A DNA stretch of 64,000 nucleotides. Source: Nemertoderma westbladi. Lineage: Eukaryota > Animalia > Xenacoelomorpha. This document shows positions 9,187 to 21,012 of the stretch, piece by piece. The notes under the pieces are model-generated. The model made no database searches. It was not told the origin of the DNA and saw only the letters and a program-made list of their open reading frames with translations. The DNA lies in the NCBI GenBank assembly GCA_032718475.1, contig JAUCBJ010000576.1:21582-85581 (forward strand), in the 5' to 3' direction. How positions within the stretch are numbered: position 1 is the first letter of the stretch; each line of letters starts with the position of its first letter. The position numbers and the translations under genes are program-made.

Positions 9187-12100
9187 CCACGAGGCGGACG
9201 TGTTTCCACCACCCCTGGGGCCAGTCCGACAGATGTTATTATCAGACCGGGCCGGAGGGTGGCCTGATGCTTCCCGGGTTCTGTTTTCGGTCCCCCGATC
9301 ACACCAGCACAGCTCGTCGAACGTGTAGCCAGATGGGCGGCTACTGTCAACTTACTGTGGCCTGACTGTACATTGAGCCAACTCAAAGTATAACAAAGAG
9401 TCAACCGGCAGGTGGACCAGTCGATAGCGATCGAGCACCAAGGTCACCCTTGGGCCTAACCGACGGTCTTGTCCCATGTGGGCTTGCGCTACCCAACATG
9501 GAATATTGACACGTTTTCACCTGCCTCGCCGGCAGTATTGAGGGGAAGTAAGTTCCACAAACAATACTGACTAGCTCGAAAGCTAGAAACAAGTAACCAC
9601 TTACCCGTCCTGTACACGTGTACTCAACAGATGTTCACAATATCAAGTACACTACGGTAAACACAAAATCTGACACATACCATGCACACACAGAGGACAT
9701 AATCGGGAAAGACTAAATCAAGAAAGACAAAATCGGAGGGGACAAAATTGTATCGACCATTACCAAGTCGAGAGTACCTTATTTTACCGACAAGGTAAAA
9801 TAACTTATGTGTACAAAGCATGCTGGGGTGCAGTAAAGTATGGTCCTACTAATACCAGCAGCGTCTTGACCAACTGGCAAGGGTTCCCATACCCACTCGC
9901 AGTGGCCACACATACAATCACGTGTACTCACGTACCCACAGCAACAGAAAACTCAAGACCCGACGGTTTATTCCAATGCCACCAAAGACCAAGTCAGCTG
10001 AACATGGAGACAATAACATATAGTATCAAAAAAAAACGGAACAGCTGACGGTCAATGGAACCATCCAAGCCCCAAGCAAACTGCCACTGATCGCCCACAT
10101 ACAAAACATAGTCCACGCCACATGAGCCACAAATCACACCATGCCACCACCCCTACTGTGTACAGGACTGGCAGTACGGCAACAGGCCGACTAGACGGTA
10201 CCACGGCACCATGGCAATTCATGGTTCGTTAGACACGAGGGCCTTCAGTATCTCCCTTGCACTTATGTGACAATTTAACGTGCCCCCGGACCCTCACGAG
10301 TCTGCTGCCGCCTGCTGCGGACACCCCTATAGAGACCTCATCTCTTTAGGTATCCGCGTCACACGAGTCATAGTCGGTAGGTGTGTTCTTCGTATAGTCT
10401 TGTTTGTCACTCATTTCGGTAGTTGTAAGTCAAGTAAAGTGAGTGTCAAAGTATCGAGTTTACCGTATTTATATCTAAACGGTACTAATTACAGTCATAT
10501 AAAATTAGCCTACCGGCCGATTTTATAGCAGATAGATAAAATTAGCCTAAACGGCCAATTTTACAGCAAATAAATGTGACGGAATAAGTATATAATAAAA
10601 TTAGCCTAGCGGCCAATTTTATAACAAATAAATCGGATAACGATATGCGTTATCAAAAAGTAAATTAAATACAATAATACGGACTAATTCAGCAATGAAC
10701 AAAGAAATCATACGGAATGCATAAATACTTGAGACAGTGGAACCCACAATAATTTTAACTAATACGGTAATGCCTAACTTATTTATGCAACTTTTCGAAC
10801 TCACCCACTCCAATAATTCTACAGAAAAACAGATTCCCAGATACAAACCGGACGTGAACCTTTCCGTTTCCAGCGTTGCGGACGAAGCGCGATTTTCCCA
10901 ACCAAAGTTGTTGGGTTATCTATCTCCCAAACTTGCTAAACACGGTCTTGCTCCCGTTACAGTCTAGAAATGAGTTCTGAATCCTGAAAAACAAAAGAGT
11001 TAGGTTTTACTTTACGAAAAATTTTGTACCGGTACAATATGGTATTTAAACCCTTTTAAACACCGGTATTCAATTCCAAAAATATTTTACACGCGGTTCA
11101 AATCAAATTTTATTTCAAAAAATTAGCACTTAGCTAATCAAATATAAATTTTTACCTCAAAATACAAAATTTTCAAATAACTTTAGTCCTACCGAACCGT
11201 AGTTCAGTAAAACATATTCCTACTATATGGAAGAGACGGTAACAATACCTGCAATATCCTACTGTAAAGTTTGTGAATCAAATCATAAAGCCGACCTTCT
11301 CACCAAAACAGTAAACTCTAAGTAAGCGAATATATTGCAGTATCGATCTCTTATAACCGGTGAGGCAGAAAACAGTCTACGAGCAGACAAACTTCGATAA
11401 AACAAAATCCCGCGCAGCGAATCCTAAAATCAGGCTGACTCACTGACGGACTAAGGGGCTCGTATACTTTGCCGCGGTGTGATTTATATGGTTGGGCGAA
11501 GAGACGCTAGCTAGGTACAGAGGCAGAAATTTGGAGATGTCTAACTAGCGGGCAAAGCACAGTAAGGACGAAAGTTAATTTTATATATTTTGAGGTGTAA
11601 ATAATTTCTAACGCGCGTGTGTTAATTCTGAACGGTCAAAAGCAGTTTTGCTCCTTCACATATATAATTACTGGGTACGGTTTGCATTTTACGAATATTC
11701 TAATTTTGTAACTTGTAGGTCCAATACTCACGAATGATAAGGTTCCTTCCCCTCTTGCGTATTTCCAGGACTCAAATTCAGGCATAAGGTTAATGCTACG
11801 CCCAGAATTCGGCAATTTTAGGTACCAGGTCCCTGATACTAAGAAGAGATGTGTTAGTTTACTACAGTAGGCGTACAGTTACTAATAGCTATCCTGGCGT
11901 CCTATCTAGAATTTTAGTCACCCAGGTAGTCCGGGTAACTTCCTATCAGGGCGTTGGCGGGGACACGGTAGATGTTAGTATATCCCTAATAGCCTCAATT
12001 TATTTGCGCCTAGTTGTAAACTGCCCTACCGCCTGAACGGTACAATCCCAATTCAGGTGAAAACACAACAACCTTCCTAGCCTACAAGTTCTAATGCAAT

Positions 12101-12521
12101 GGACACCGTTGTACGGTAAATAGTCACAGACGCACCTGTACTTAGCAAGAGTTAAGCGTACAGTTTGCTGCACCCTAACCATTTGTATGCCTTGTACCGG
12201 TGTGCCCACGTCCTATTTGCGTACTAGTATCTCTGCTCTCTCCCTCCCCCCGTAGGAATATGAAGGTCTACTGTGGTTTTTTCCTGAATCAAGACAGTAC
12301 AGTCCCTAAGATGTAATTTTAGGCTCACAGCGTGTCACTACTTCTACCTTTTGATCTTTGGTCTTACGCTTAGGTAGCGAGGTGTCGAACGCTGTCTAAC
12401 CTTTCAGGCGATGGGCGAATAACTCAAGATGGTATTGCGGGTTGTCTCTTGTCTACATTCCCCCGATGTTCCTGTTCATTGCTGCGGCCCGATCTCTAGC
12501 CGGCCATCCTGTCCTTAACTT

Positions 12522-13372
12522 TGTTCACCGTAGTGAATCATGGTAAAACAGATAAAAAGGCGGATTAGCGATAATTCTGACTTTATTACAGAAGATTATA
12601 ATAATATGTACAATGTAATCTGAAATAAACTAAGCACGACAGAATTGAAGTGATGTGTGTGAGAATATTGATAACTAATGAACAAATCGCACCTTTATAT
12701 AGCAAATTTGTGCTGCAATCAATCGAGAAAATTCTCGATTGTTCTATAGGTTCTAACAGGTTTTTAAAGATAGCTATTGGTCCAGCTAATATATAACTTG
12801 CACGACATTGGTTACAATCAAATAACTACAGTCTCATTGGTACAGACAAATGCAATTAATTTGTAGCGGTCAATTTAAATGAGTTGAAATTCTGTACAAA
12901 AAATAATTCGCACTTACTAGGATTCGAACTCAATACCTACTACACATATAATTTCCAACGCTCTACCGACTGAGCTACTGAACCACTTGACCAATAGGCG
13001 TACGATAGATATAACAAATACAAATGAGGACTCAAAGCAATCTTTTACAAAGTTAATTCGAATAAAATAAAATTTTGAAAATCCACGGCATTTAGGGAAT
13101 ATAATTCTATATTACCAATTAGTTTAAGATACTTTTCAACACTGTTTACCTATAATTAACATAATTTATGCAATTATATTATTGAGAATATACCATATAC
13201 ATTTACCGTTTAATATTTTAATAATATACTGTATTAATAGTTGTATTGAGTTATATTAGTTATATTAGTTATCTTAGTTGTATTGATCCAGTAACTCCCG
13301 TAGCGATGCGCATTGCGTTCTGTCGGTTTTGGAGTCTCCAATTATTATTCCATGTTTTTCAACGCAGTAACA
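12522..13372 (-). repeat. Candidate 5' LTR (TGTT...AACA), about 850 bp
   Basis: On the minus strand: starts TGTTACTGC, three CCAAT boxes about 30 bp apart (~12776/12806/12836), GAAnnTTC-like array (~12725-12755), TATATAAA (~12700), AATAAA (~12585), ends GTGAACA. Partner LTR is not in the window, so the boundaries are inferred. Confidence 0.55.
12905..12984 (-). ncRNA. tRNA-like Pol III element (A box, B box, T6 terminator) inside the candidate LTR; not a functional tRNA
   Basis: GGTTCAGTAGCTCAGTCGGTAGAGCG...GAGTTCGAATCC...TTTTTT. The D arm is intact, but the acceptor, anticodon and T stems pair poorly. Confidence 0.65.
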
Positions 13373-13377
13373 GCTAA

Positions 13378-15070
13378 CTAACGATGTTGGTCTGGGTGCT
13401 CAAAGAGGCCGCCTGGAGAAGGTCCCGCCGTCGCTAGGATGGAAGCGGCATTACCCACGAGAATGGCTATACCAATTCGCTGTAGAAGGAACCGGTGAGA
13501 GCGGGGTTCATGGGTAACTATCTGCAGACGGGAACCAATCTCATGGAGGAAGTTGGAGGTCTCCGGGCCGGGGCGACCCAAGGTTTCAAAGGCCACGGGA
13601 TGGAAGATGTGGCCTCGCTCCATCACCTCGTTGTAGGTGGCATTTTTGCCACGTTCTGCTCCCTCCACGGTGCGCCCTCCGGCAATTAGCGTCTGGTGCA
13701 CATGGCTTGGTGCCAGCGGATCGACCACTGTGGCATCCCAGGTGATGGTTCGGCCCTGGGACCATGGAACCAGGGTGACTCCATCTACCCTCTTCCCATC
13801 ATTCCTGCAGAGGCCTGGGGGCTCCAGGATGGAAGGGACCCCACAGCTGACCAGCGCCCGCCTCACAATGTCATTCAACATCGCATGGCGGGCATGACGG
13901 CCAGCACTCCTCCGACAGGAAAGGCCGTGGAGGCCATTCGCAGCCACTGGAGTTCCACATCGATCGCATGTGTGGGGTTCCACTACTTTACATCCAAGGC
14001 GAGTGGCAATGGCGATTCGAAACTGCGAATTCGAAAGCTTCAGTCCTAATGAGGCGCTAGGAAGTGCATCGATCCAGCAGCCCGCAGTAGGGTCAGCGAG
14101 GGAGTTCAAACGGGCGAGATCAAGGGGTGTAGCCACGAGGCGTAAGGTGGCGAGATTCTCCTCGTGAACTGGGAGCATCCAGGCTCTCTGACTCGATACA
14201 GCGGGAGGTGGTGCTGAATCTCGCGGTAGGGATGCACTTCGGGTAGCATGGGCCGACTCCATGTATGGTCCAGGAGACCCCTCGGACTGGTGTAGACGGT
14301 TGGAGAGCTCGGTACAGGCAGCCGCTGAAGCCAAAAAGGCAGAGGGTGCGAGCTGCACCGCCGAGCTCAATCCTAGTCCACCCAATCGTGCTGGGAGGCA
14401 GGCCTGGGCCCAGGCTTGATCGCCAATGTCGGTATTGGCGACCTCTTGGAGGGCACTTCGGAGGATTCGGTCGTAGTCCCTGAGAAGTGCTGGGAACTGG
14501 AAGCAGGGAGCCGTCCTGAGGAAGTACGTAAGCCGTGGCATGGCGAACGAGTTCCTCAGGAGGAAGAAACCGTGGTGGGCCTCCAGCAGTGGAAGACGGC
14601 TGACAAGCGTGGAGAGGTCCCCCACCTTTCTTGTCAGACAGGAGGTGATGGCAGTTTCACCAATCGGAGACCCCAGCATTGTTAACTGGTCCAGTGGAGG
14701 GTACTGGATACCCGGGCAAATGGCATCAAATGCTGATCGTATTTGGGCCTGGGACTCCTCTGACTCAGTACCCAGGAAGAACACCTCACTCTTCTTTGGG
14801 TTGATAGATAGCCCATATCCCTTCCCTTCGTTAATAACCTTCTCCAGGTCCTGTAGGACAGTGCGATAGTCATCAGCAATGTTCCCATCATCCAGGTACC
14901 AGACATTGAAGCGAGATTCCAGCCCCTGGATGATTGGATTCGCAGTATCCCCGAAGAGGCGAGGTCCATCAGTATCCCCCTGTTGTATTCCCTCGTCGGA
15001 GAGGATGGTGTCATTACCATGGAGAAGGAAGGTTGCCGCTCCATACGCCGCGAGGGTGTAGTTATAGATG
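13378..15070 (-). pseudogene. CRE element RT C-terminal half, zinc finger and restriction-like endonuclease
   Basis: Frame open from about 15070: GIQQGD..GP.LF, WYLDDG, RLGGLGL, CDRC...HGLSC, RHARHAMLNDIV, KRVDG, WDATVVD, ERGK..Y, FETLG, GNAASIL. Confidence 0.9.
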
Positions 15071-16346
15071 AGGGATACTGGGAATGTATGCTCTCCAGCA
15101 TGGTGTCTCGTCTAATGGAATTAAACGCGTTGCTGAAATCAACTTTAAGTAACACCGTCCCCGGATGGTTCTCACCACACACAAGTGCCCTTGTAGCATG
15201 GACTGCCACCTCAGCGCCAAGCTTGCAACCAATTCCTAGCTGCACTGCCCCATATGACTGGGTCCGTTGGTCCGCCACTATGTAACCGACGAACTTTCCA
15301 CATAGCCGTCGTAAGGTGACCCCAACAGCAATAGGGCGGATTCCACCACCTCTCTTTGTGAAGGCAAAAAGATTAGCCCCAAAGAAAAGTGGGCGGACAG
15401 GAACTGGTATCTCGCCTGCAACAGTGCTGTCAACAAAACATGCAAGGGATGTGAGTAGGCGCTCACCTGCTTCACCATTGGTAGGTGAAACTAAATCCTT
15501 CAGAAGCTGGGGACGCAGCCCATCTGGCCCACCTGCACTTCCACTGGGGAATGAAGCGATTAACTGCCGAAGAATGGTGGGAGAGCAGGGTCGAGCGGCT
15601 TGAGTAACTGGTGGGGGTGGTTCTCTCCTATCAAGGGGTCGGGGTGGGTGTTTCTCCTGTAGACCTAAACGTGTCTCTGGTGTATCTGGGGCGATAGTAT
15701 CCCTTGAGGATGCCAACCTGATGGCTCCCTTAATGTCCCCATCCTCTATCTTCTCGGCAACCGCTGTGGCTAGGCGAATGGAGTCCCCTTGGATCTTTTG
15801 TGAAACTGATCTCGGGGGAACAGACCGTGGCGGAGGGAGACACAGGCCCCCTTGAGTCATAGCTCGGAAGTCCGCAATCTTCTGGTTGACATGAGTGGCA
15901 AGGGATCGATGGTGCTTCCTTCCACCTCGTCTAGGGGCCGGGATACAGCAGTGTCCAACCATGAGTAACCGGACCCAAGCCTGTATGTTCAATGGGTCTT
16001 CCGCTACCGTAGTTAAGATTTCACCCAATAGGTCCGCTAAGCTGGTCCTCGATGCCTTAGGGACATGTCTCAACTGGCGACATCGCCATCCCTGTAACTG
16101 ATTAAGAATATCCCTGTCTGATGGCTCCACTGTCTCACCAGATGATTGGCTTCCCAAATGGGTTTGGGGACCAGTTGTCATTCCTGCAGGGTGATCTGAC
16201 CCTGGGCAACGTTGGGAGACTGGTCCGTGAATGCGTAGAGTACCATTTGCTTTGATGGCCACTAACCGCGCGCACGATGGACAATGGGTACTGAGGGCGC
16301 TGGTGCGTACCGTTGGGCCGACATTAATATTGGTGGGAGCTGACAA
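14682..16346 (-). pseudogene. CRE element zinc finger and RT N-terminal half (frameshift near 15070)
   Basis: CPSC...H...C; SAGGPDGLRPQ, KRGGGIRPIAVG.TLRRL, QLGIG, KVDFSNAFNSIRR. Confidence 0.9.
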
Positions 16347-18373
16347 ACCGATGTCCAGACTAGAAGGGGCGGAACAACCGACACCCAGAGGGTTGGGGAT
16401 GGAATGATCGACACCCAGGCTGGTAGAGGCGGAATGACTGACACCCGCACTGGTAGGGAGGGAGTGACCAACACCCAGACTGTGAGGGGCTGACTGACCG
16501 ACACCTGGACTGGTTGGGGCGGAATGACCGACACCTGGACTGATAGGGATGGAAAGACCGACACCTGGACTGGTAGGGACGGAATGACCGACATACTGAC
16601 TGACACCCGGACTGGTAGGGACGGAGTGACCAACACCTGGGCTGGTTCGGACGGAATAACCGACACCCGGACTGGTAGGGACAGAAAGATTGACAACCGG
16701 ACTGATAGGGATGACTGGGACCGACTGAGCGAGATCTGGACTGGTAGGGATGGCATAACTGACACCCGGACTGGTAGGGACGGAATAACCGACACCCGGA
16801 CTGGTAGGGGCAGAAAGACTGACAACCGGACTGATAGGGATGACTGGGACCGACTGAGCGAGGTCTGGACTGGTAGGGACGGCATAACCGACACCCGGAC
16901 TGGTAGGGACGGAATAACCGACACCCGGACTGGTAGGGGCAGTAAGACCGACAACCGGACTGATAAGGACGACTGACCGACACCTGGACTGGTAGGGACG
17001 GAATAACCGATACCCAGACTGGTAGGGGCAGACTGACCGACATACTGACTTATACCTGGACTGGTTGGGACTGAATAACCGACACCCGGACTGGTAGGGG
17101 CAGAAAGACCAACAACCTGACTGATAGGGACAGACTGACCGACACCTGGACTGGTTGGGACGGAATAACCGACACCCGGACTGGTAGGGGCAGAATAACC
17201 GACACCCGGACTGGTAGGGGCAGAATGACCGACACCCGGACTGGTAGGGACGGGATAATCGACACCCGGACTGGTAGCGACAGGATAATCAACACCCAGA
17301 CTGGTTGGGACAGAATAACCGACACCCGGACTGGTTGGGACAGAATGACCGACACCCGGACTGTTAGGGACGGGATAATCGACACCCGGACTGGTTGGGA
17401 CAGAATGACCGACACCCAGAATGGTAGGGACGGGATAATCGACACCCGGACTGGTTGGGACAGAATGACCGACACCCGGACTGGTAGGGACGGGATAATC
17501 GACACCCGGACTGGTAGCGACAGGATAATCAACACCCGGACTGGTCGGGACAGAATGACCGACACCCGGACTGATAGGGACCGACTGACCAACACCTGGA
17601 CTGGTTGGGACGGAATAACCGATATCTGGACTGGTAGGGGCAGAAAGACCAACAACCTGACTGATAGGGACCGACTGACCGAAACCTGGACGGGTTGGGA
17701 CGGAATAACCGACACCCGGACTGGTAGGGGCAGAATGACCGACACCCGGACTGGTAGGGGCAGAATGACCGACACCCGGACTGGTAGGGGCAGAATGACT
17801 GACTCCTGGACTGGTAGGGGCAGAATGACCGACACCCGGACTGGTAGGGGCAGAATGACCGACACCCGGTCTGGTAGGGACGGGATAATCGACACCCATA
17901 CTGGTTGGGACGGAATAACCGACACCTGGAACTGGGGGACCCGACTGGTAAGACACCAACACTGGGGGACCCAATGAGGGGGCCGGGGATACAGCACCAA
18001 TTTGCGGGGTAAACGTGCAGTCCGGGTCGAATTCTCCTTGGGTTAGAGTCTGGTCCATCAGGTCGTCGAGCTCCTCCAGGGTTGAGTTTATAACTTCCGG
18101 GGTTACATAGCCGTTATGCGCAAGGTCCGCTGTGGCTTGACGCGTTTTCCATCTGGGCGAGTTGGATACCAGATAGTCGAGAACCCCGTGGCCTGCGGAA
18201 CCGCTGTACCTCAGGGGCATCGCGAGACTATCTGGATCGGGTGAGCTCGGCCCGTTCACGCACGAGTTCTGCTCCAGAGGTTTGCAGGAGGAACAGGGAA
18301 CTCCCGCACAAGCACACTTGCACCCTCGGCAAGAGCCGCTGCGACACTTGCAGCAGCGCTGGGATGGCGCCAT
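16262..18373 (-). pseudogene. CRE element N-terminus: CXC-like Cys cluster and mucin-like 10-aa repeats
   Basis: MAPSQRCCKCRSGSCRGCKCACAGVPCSSC..C, then (TSPGVGHSAP)-type repeats. The frame slips near 16960. Confidence 0.75.
16330..17935. repeat. 30-bp minisatellite, about 50 variant units
   Basis: Consensus gacacccggactggtaggggcagaatgacc, with higher-order blocks. Confidence 0.95.
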
Positions 18374-18452
18374 GTAGGGGAATCCGCTCGAAAATCCGGC
18401 GATAGATCGTTCACGTTGCGATGTAGCAGCCTATCAGTATATTGCACCGTGG

Positions 18453-18472
18453 TGACGTCAGCCGTGACGTCA
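18453..18472. promoter_or_regulatory. Two perfect TGACGTCA (CREB/ATF-type) palindromes at the 5' end of the CRE element
   Basis: TGACGTCA at 18453-18460 and 18465-18472, about 80-100 bp upstream of the ATG at 18373. Confidence 0.45.
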
Positions 18473-18510
18473 ACAGTCAGTACACCAGTATTCTTATACA
18501 GTACTACACT

Positions 18511-18710
18511 TATATAATATAATATAATATAATATGTACACTTTCAACACTTGTAAACAAGTATAGAAATAAAATTTTCTTCGACCGTTAGAGCTAACAT
18601 TTAAGGATGCAAGGCATAGATGCCCCCTGGTTAGCCCCTTCAAACCATTCGTGCCGAATCGAAGACTGTCTTGGCCCACATGCAGGGATCGCACCCACGA
18701 CCTCCAGATA
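18511..18710 (-). mobile_element. Probable 5'-truncated tRNA-derived SINE
   Basis: Minus strand reads GGTCGTGGGTGCGATCCC...GGGCCA (tRNA 3' half, B-box-like), a short body and a (TATAT)n tail. Confidence 0.4.
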
Positions 18711-19029
18711 GATTGGAAATCAATGCAACCAGTACACCAAGGTGGAACCTAACTAACCTATGTATCGAGGGAAAATTCACAGCCACCCTGTTTATTACAG
18801 TGAATTCAGTCTTGATGAGTATATGTAACACATGTCCAAAACAATTTCACCTGGTAATCAAACTAAAATGGTCCCACCATCTGTTACACCACCTACTGTA
18901 GTATTCATATACAATTCACAATAACCCTAGCTTCATTTACGTTAAACCATTTGTCGTTCTGAAGATTTTTTTATGAAATGCATCATTAGTCAATTAGTCA
19001 TGGGTCAATTACTGTATTTCACTAATTAT

Positions 19030-19118
19030 AGAAAATTCCGGTTCCGGAATATTCCGGCATGTTGAATTCCGGTTCCGGTTCCGGCCGGAATCAAAATATC
19101 GATTCCGGGACATCCCTA
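19030..19118. mobile_element. Terminus of a hAT-like non-autonomous DNA transposon
   Basis: Ends in CATCCCTA (Ac-type TAGGGATG TIR) with subterminal ATTCCGG/TTCCGG repeats. Confidence 0.55.
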
Positions 19119-19120
19119 GT

Positions 19121-19606
19121 TACGAGTTCGTCGCCGCCAATCCTGAGTTGTTACAAACTTCGGATCGAGTTGCGTAGCTCCGTCACACTGCGTGTCTTGC
19201 AGAAGAGACAGTCAAGCCGCTAAAGTATGTTTCGGATAGAGGTGGTGTTACAACTTCATCACAAACCCTTAAAGGACCGGTCACTGCTGCCATTCTTAAG
19301 AAAGCGGTGCAATCCACCTTAAACCCTTCCTCCAGATCTTCACCAGCCAAAGTACTTCGAAAGGGTGTGAAGATATTACGTCACTCCGTTCTGGCGGCAA
19401 CTACAGTTATCGAACCCCAACCGGGAACATCCACTGGTGGACCAACTGTGCGTACAGTCGCGCCCTCTCCAGACTCTTTTGAAATTCATCCTTCCGCCGC
19501 TGAGGGGCTGCAGGTGCGAGGTTCCCCGCCTTCGTCGCCAAACAACGGTTCACCCCCTATGAAACGTCGTAAGCGACATTCCAAGAAGAAAAAGTCCCGA
19601 AAATAA
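19121..19606 (+). pseudogene. C-terminal remnant of a diverged homolog of the BEL-C 3' accessory protein
   Basis: FVAANPEL..EETVKPLKY..QTLKGPVTAAILKKAV..QPGTSTGG..HPS..KRRKRHSKKKK aligns with FINSHPEL..ERTIKPRKF..QTTRQGPVRAAVLKRAL..QPGASTGG..HPS..KKLRKRRSRKK. One internal TAG. Confidence 0.75.
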
Positions 19607-19679
19607 ACATTAATTTTCCGGCTACTTTATATTACCTCTATTTTACTTTATGTGACTCATATCTTTACTTTATGTTATA

Positions 19680-20798
19680 TGTAAAATAAGTAAACGGTGT
19701 CCCTAATAATCCATTTAGCTTATTTTGTTCACAAACTGAAACATTTATACATGCTTTGAATGCTTTCTAGCACTATAGTTCGCTTATTCAGAAGTGATGG
19801 ACATTCATTGATCTTTTGATTATTTTGTTCACGAGTTGAGACGTTTTTTATATTTCGGTTACGTATTCCCTGTATAATTCTAGTTTGATATTGATAACTG
19901 AATTATTTACTTACTAGATCTCCTTCTATGTACGTTCTATGCTCGTTGGTCGACCATTTATTCACTTAGTACATCAGCATTCTGCAGAGGAGTTACTTCC
20001 TATGCAGGCCTTTGGATACTAGTCAGATTACTGACGACCAGTGTTTATTACATGCCTTTATGTATGTGCCTTTATGCTTTGTATCTTTGTCGTTATCATT
20101 ATAATATTATTAATTGATATTCTGTCGTTAAACTCAATTTACTCTCTTTGTTTGTTTAATATATCGCCGATATTACGAGATCAAGAAGGTTTTACACACG
20201 CCATAATAAGGTGGGTCTCTACAATTAAGTATTAGTGATAATCCAGACAATTGTATTAGATTCGTGTGTTGTCTTACCTCTGATTTACTAAATAATTAAT
20301 ATATGGCGATATACCAGATCATTATTATAAGCAAAGCCCTTATTATTAATTGTATCACGATTGAGAGTTGTCATAAATTGATTGCGGTAGAAATATTAAT
20401 AATTATTCATAAAGACAAGTCAAAATACGTTTCCTCTAAAGGGAAACACAAACACTGGACTTGAGTCCTTACAGAATTAATTAGTCAGTCATTTGCTTGT
20501 TATACTGTGTTGACACACCCTCCCGGTATCGTATCTCAGTTAAATACAATAGATAATCAAATACCGTATCGAACCAAATAAGTTATAGAGCAAATCAATA
20601 CTATGAGTAGGAAAGGAAGGGGAATTAATCGATACAGTGAGCGGTCCTCGGTGACAGGTACACTAGCGCAATTCCGTTTATTGTATGAGACCAATATCTA
20701 AAGGCCCTCAGTGCATAGAATCTCTGCGTAGTACTATAAGAATCAAAATATATGACATTGAGATTAAACAACATATTTATTTACTAAAAGCGCTAACA
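19680..20798 (+). repeat. Candidate 3' LTR of a fourth BEL-like element
   Basis: TGTAAA lies about 74 bp after the accessory stop codon, a spacing similar to BEL-C. Ends AAAAGCGCTAACA (compare AAAGCGCGAACA in BEL-C). No clear PPT. Confidence 0.4.
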
Positions 20799-20800
20799 AC

Positions 20801-21012
20801 GGCTCCTCAGCTCATTAGAACAAGCTGCTTCTAGTGTTGACAAAAAGACCAAAATTTTGGCAGTTAACTTAGAAAGTCCTCAGCAAGTCTCTGACCGGAT
20901 GGGCATAAACTCAAAGGATGGTATGCTTGAGCATGAGGACGACTTCTGTTACCTGGGATCAAGGCATGGATCCGTAAGTCAGGTGAGGACCTTCGAATAC
21001 GCAAAGGAAAGG
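20801..21012 (+). mobile_element. RTE-like LINE fragment
   Basis: Diverged copy of about 40103-40322. Confidence 0.85.

Larger units (their letters stand above)
1..13372 (-). mobile_element. BEL/Pao LTR retrotransposon 'BEL-A' (3' end runs off the window)
   Basis: Gag-PR-RT-RH-INT order with BEL-type motifs over 9186->794. Long 5' leader and candidate 5' LTR at 12522-13372. Assignment of that LTR to this element is inferred from position and orientation only. Confidence 0.8.
13378..18475 (-). mobile_element. CRE-clade (RLE-type) non-LTR retrotransposon, frameshifted
   Basis: One ancestral ORF: Cys-rich N-terminus, repeat region, zinc finger, RT, CCHC finger, restriction-like endonuclease. 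No poly(A) tail seen; the candidate LTR begins 5 bp after the stop codon. Confidence 0.88.

Noticed and set aside
10201-10213. CA-TGGTGCCGTG on the minus strand, resembling a tRNA-His PBS for BEL-A
   Set aside because: Only about 10 nt match and there are no convincing LTR features immediately upstream. It cannot be fully excluded without the 3' LTR, and if real it would remove BEL-A from the self-priming set.
12905-12984. Functional tRNA gene
   Set aside because: Acceptor, anticodon and T stems do not pair properly.
13280-13355. Peptide WRLQNRQNAMRIATG resembling a LINE RT C-terminal motif
   Set aside because: Too short, closed by stops, and located inside the candidate LTR.
16330-17935. 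CRISPR-like appearance of the 30-bp repeats (also 53800-54170 and 56600-57250)
   Set aside because: Contiguous tandem units with no unique spacers, no cas genes, and a eukaryotic TE context.
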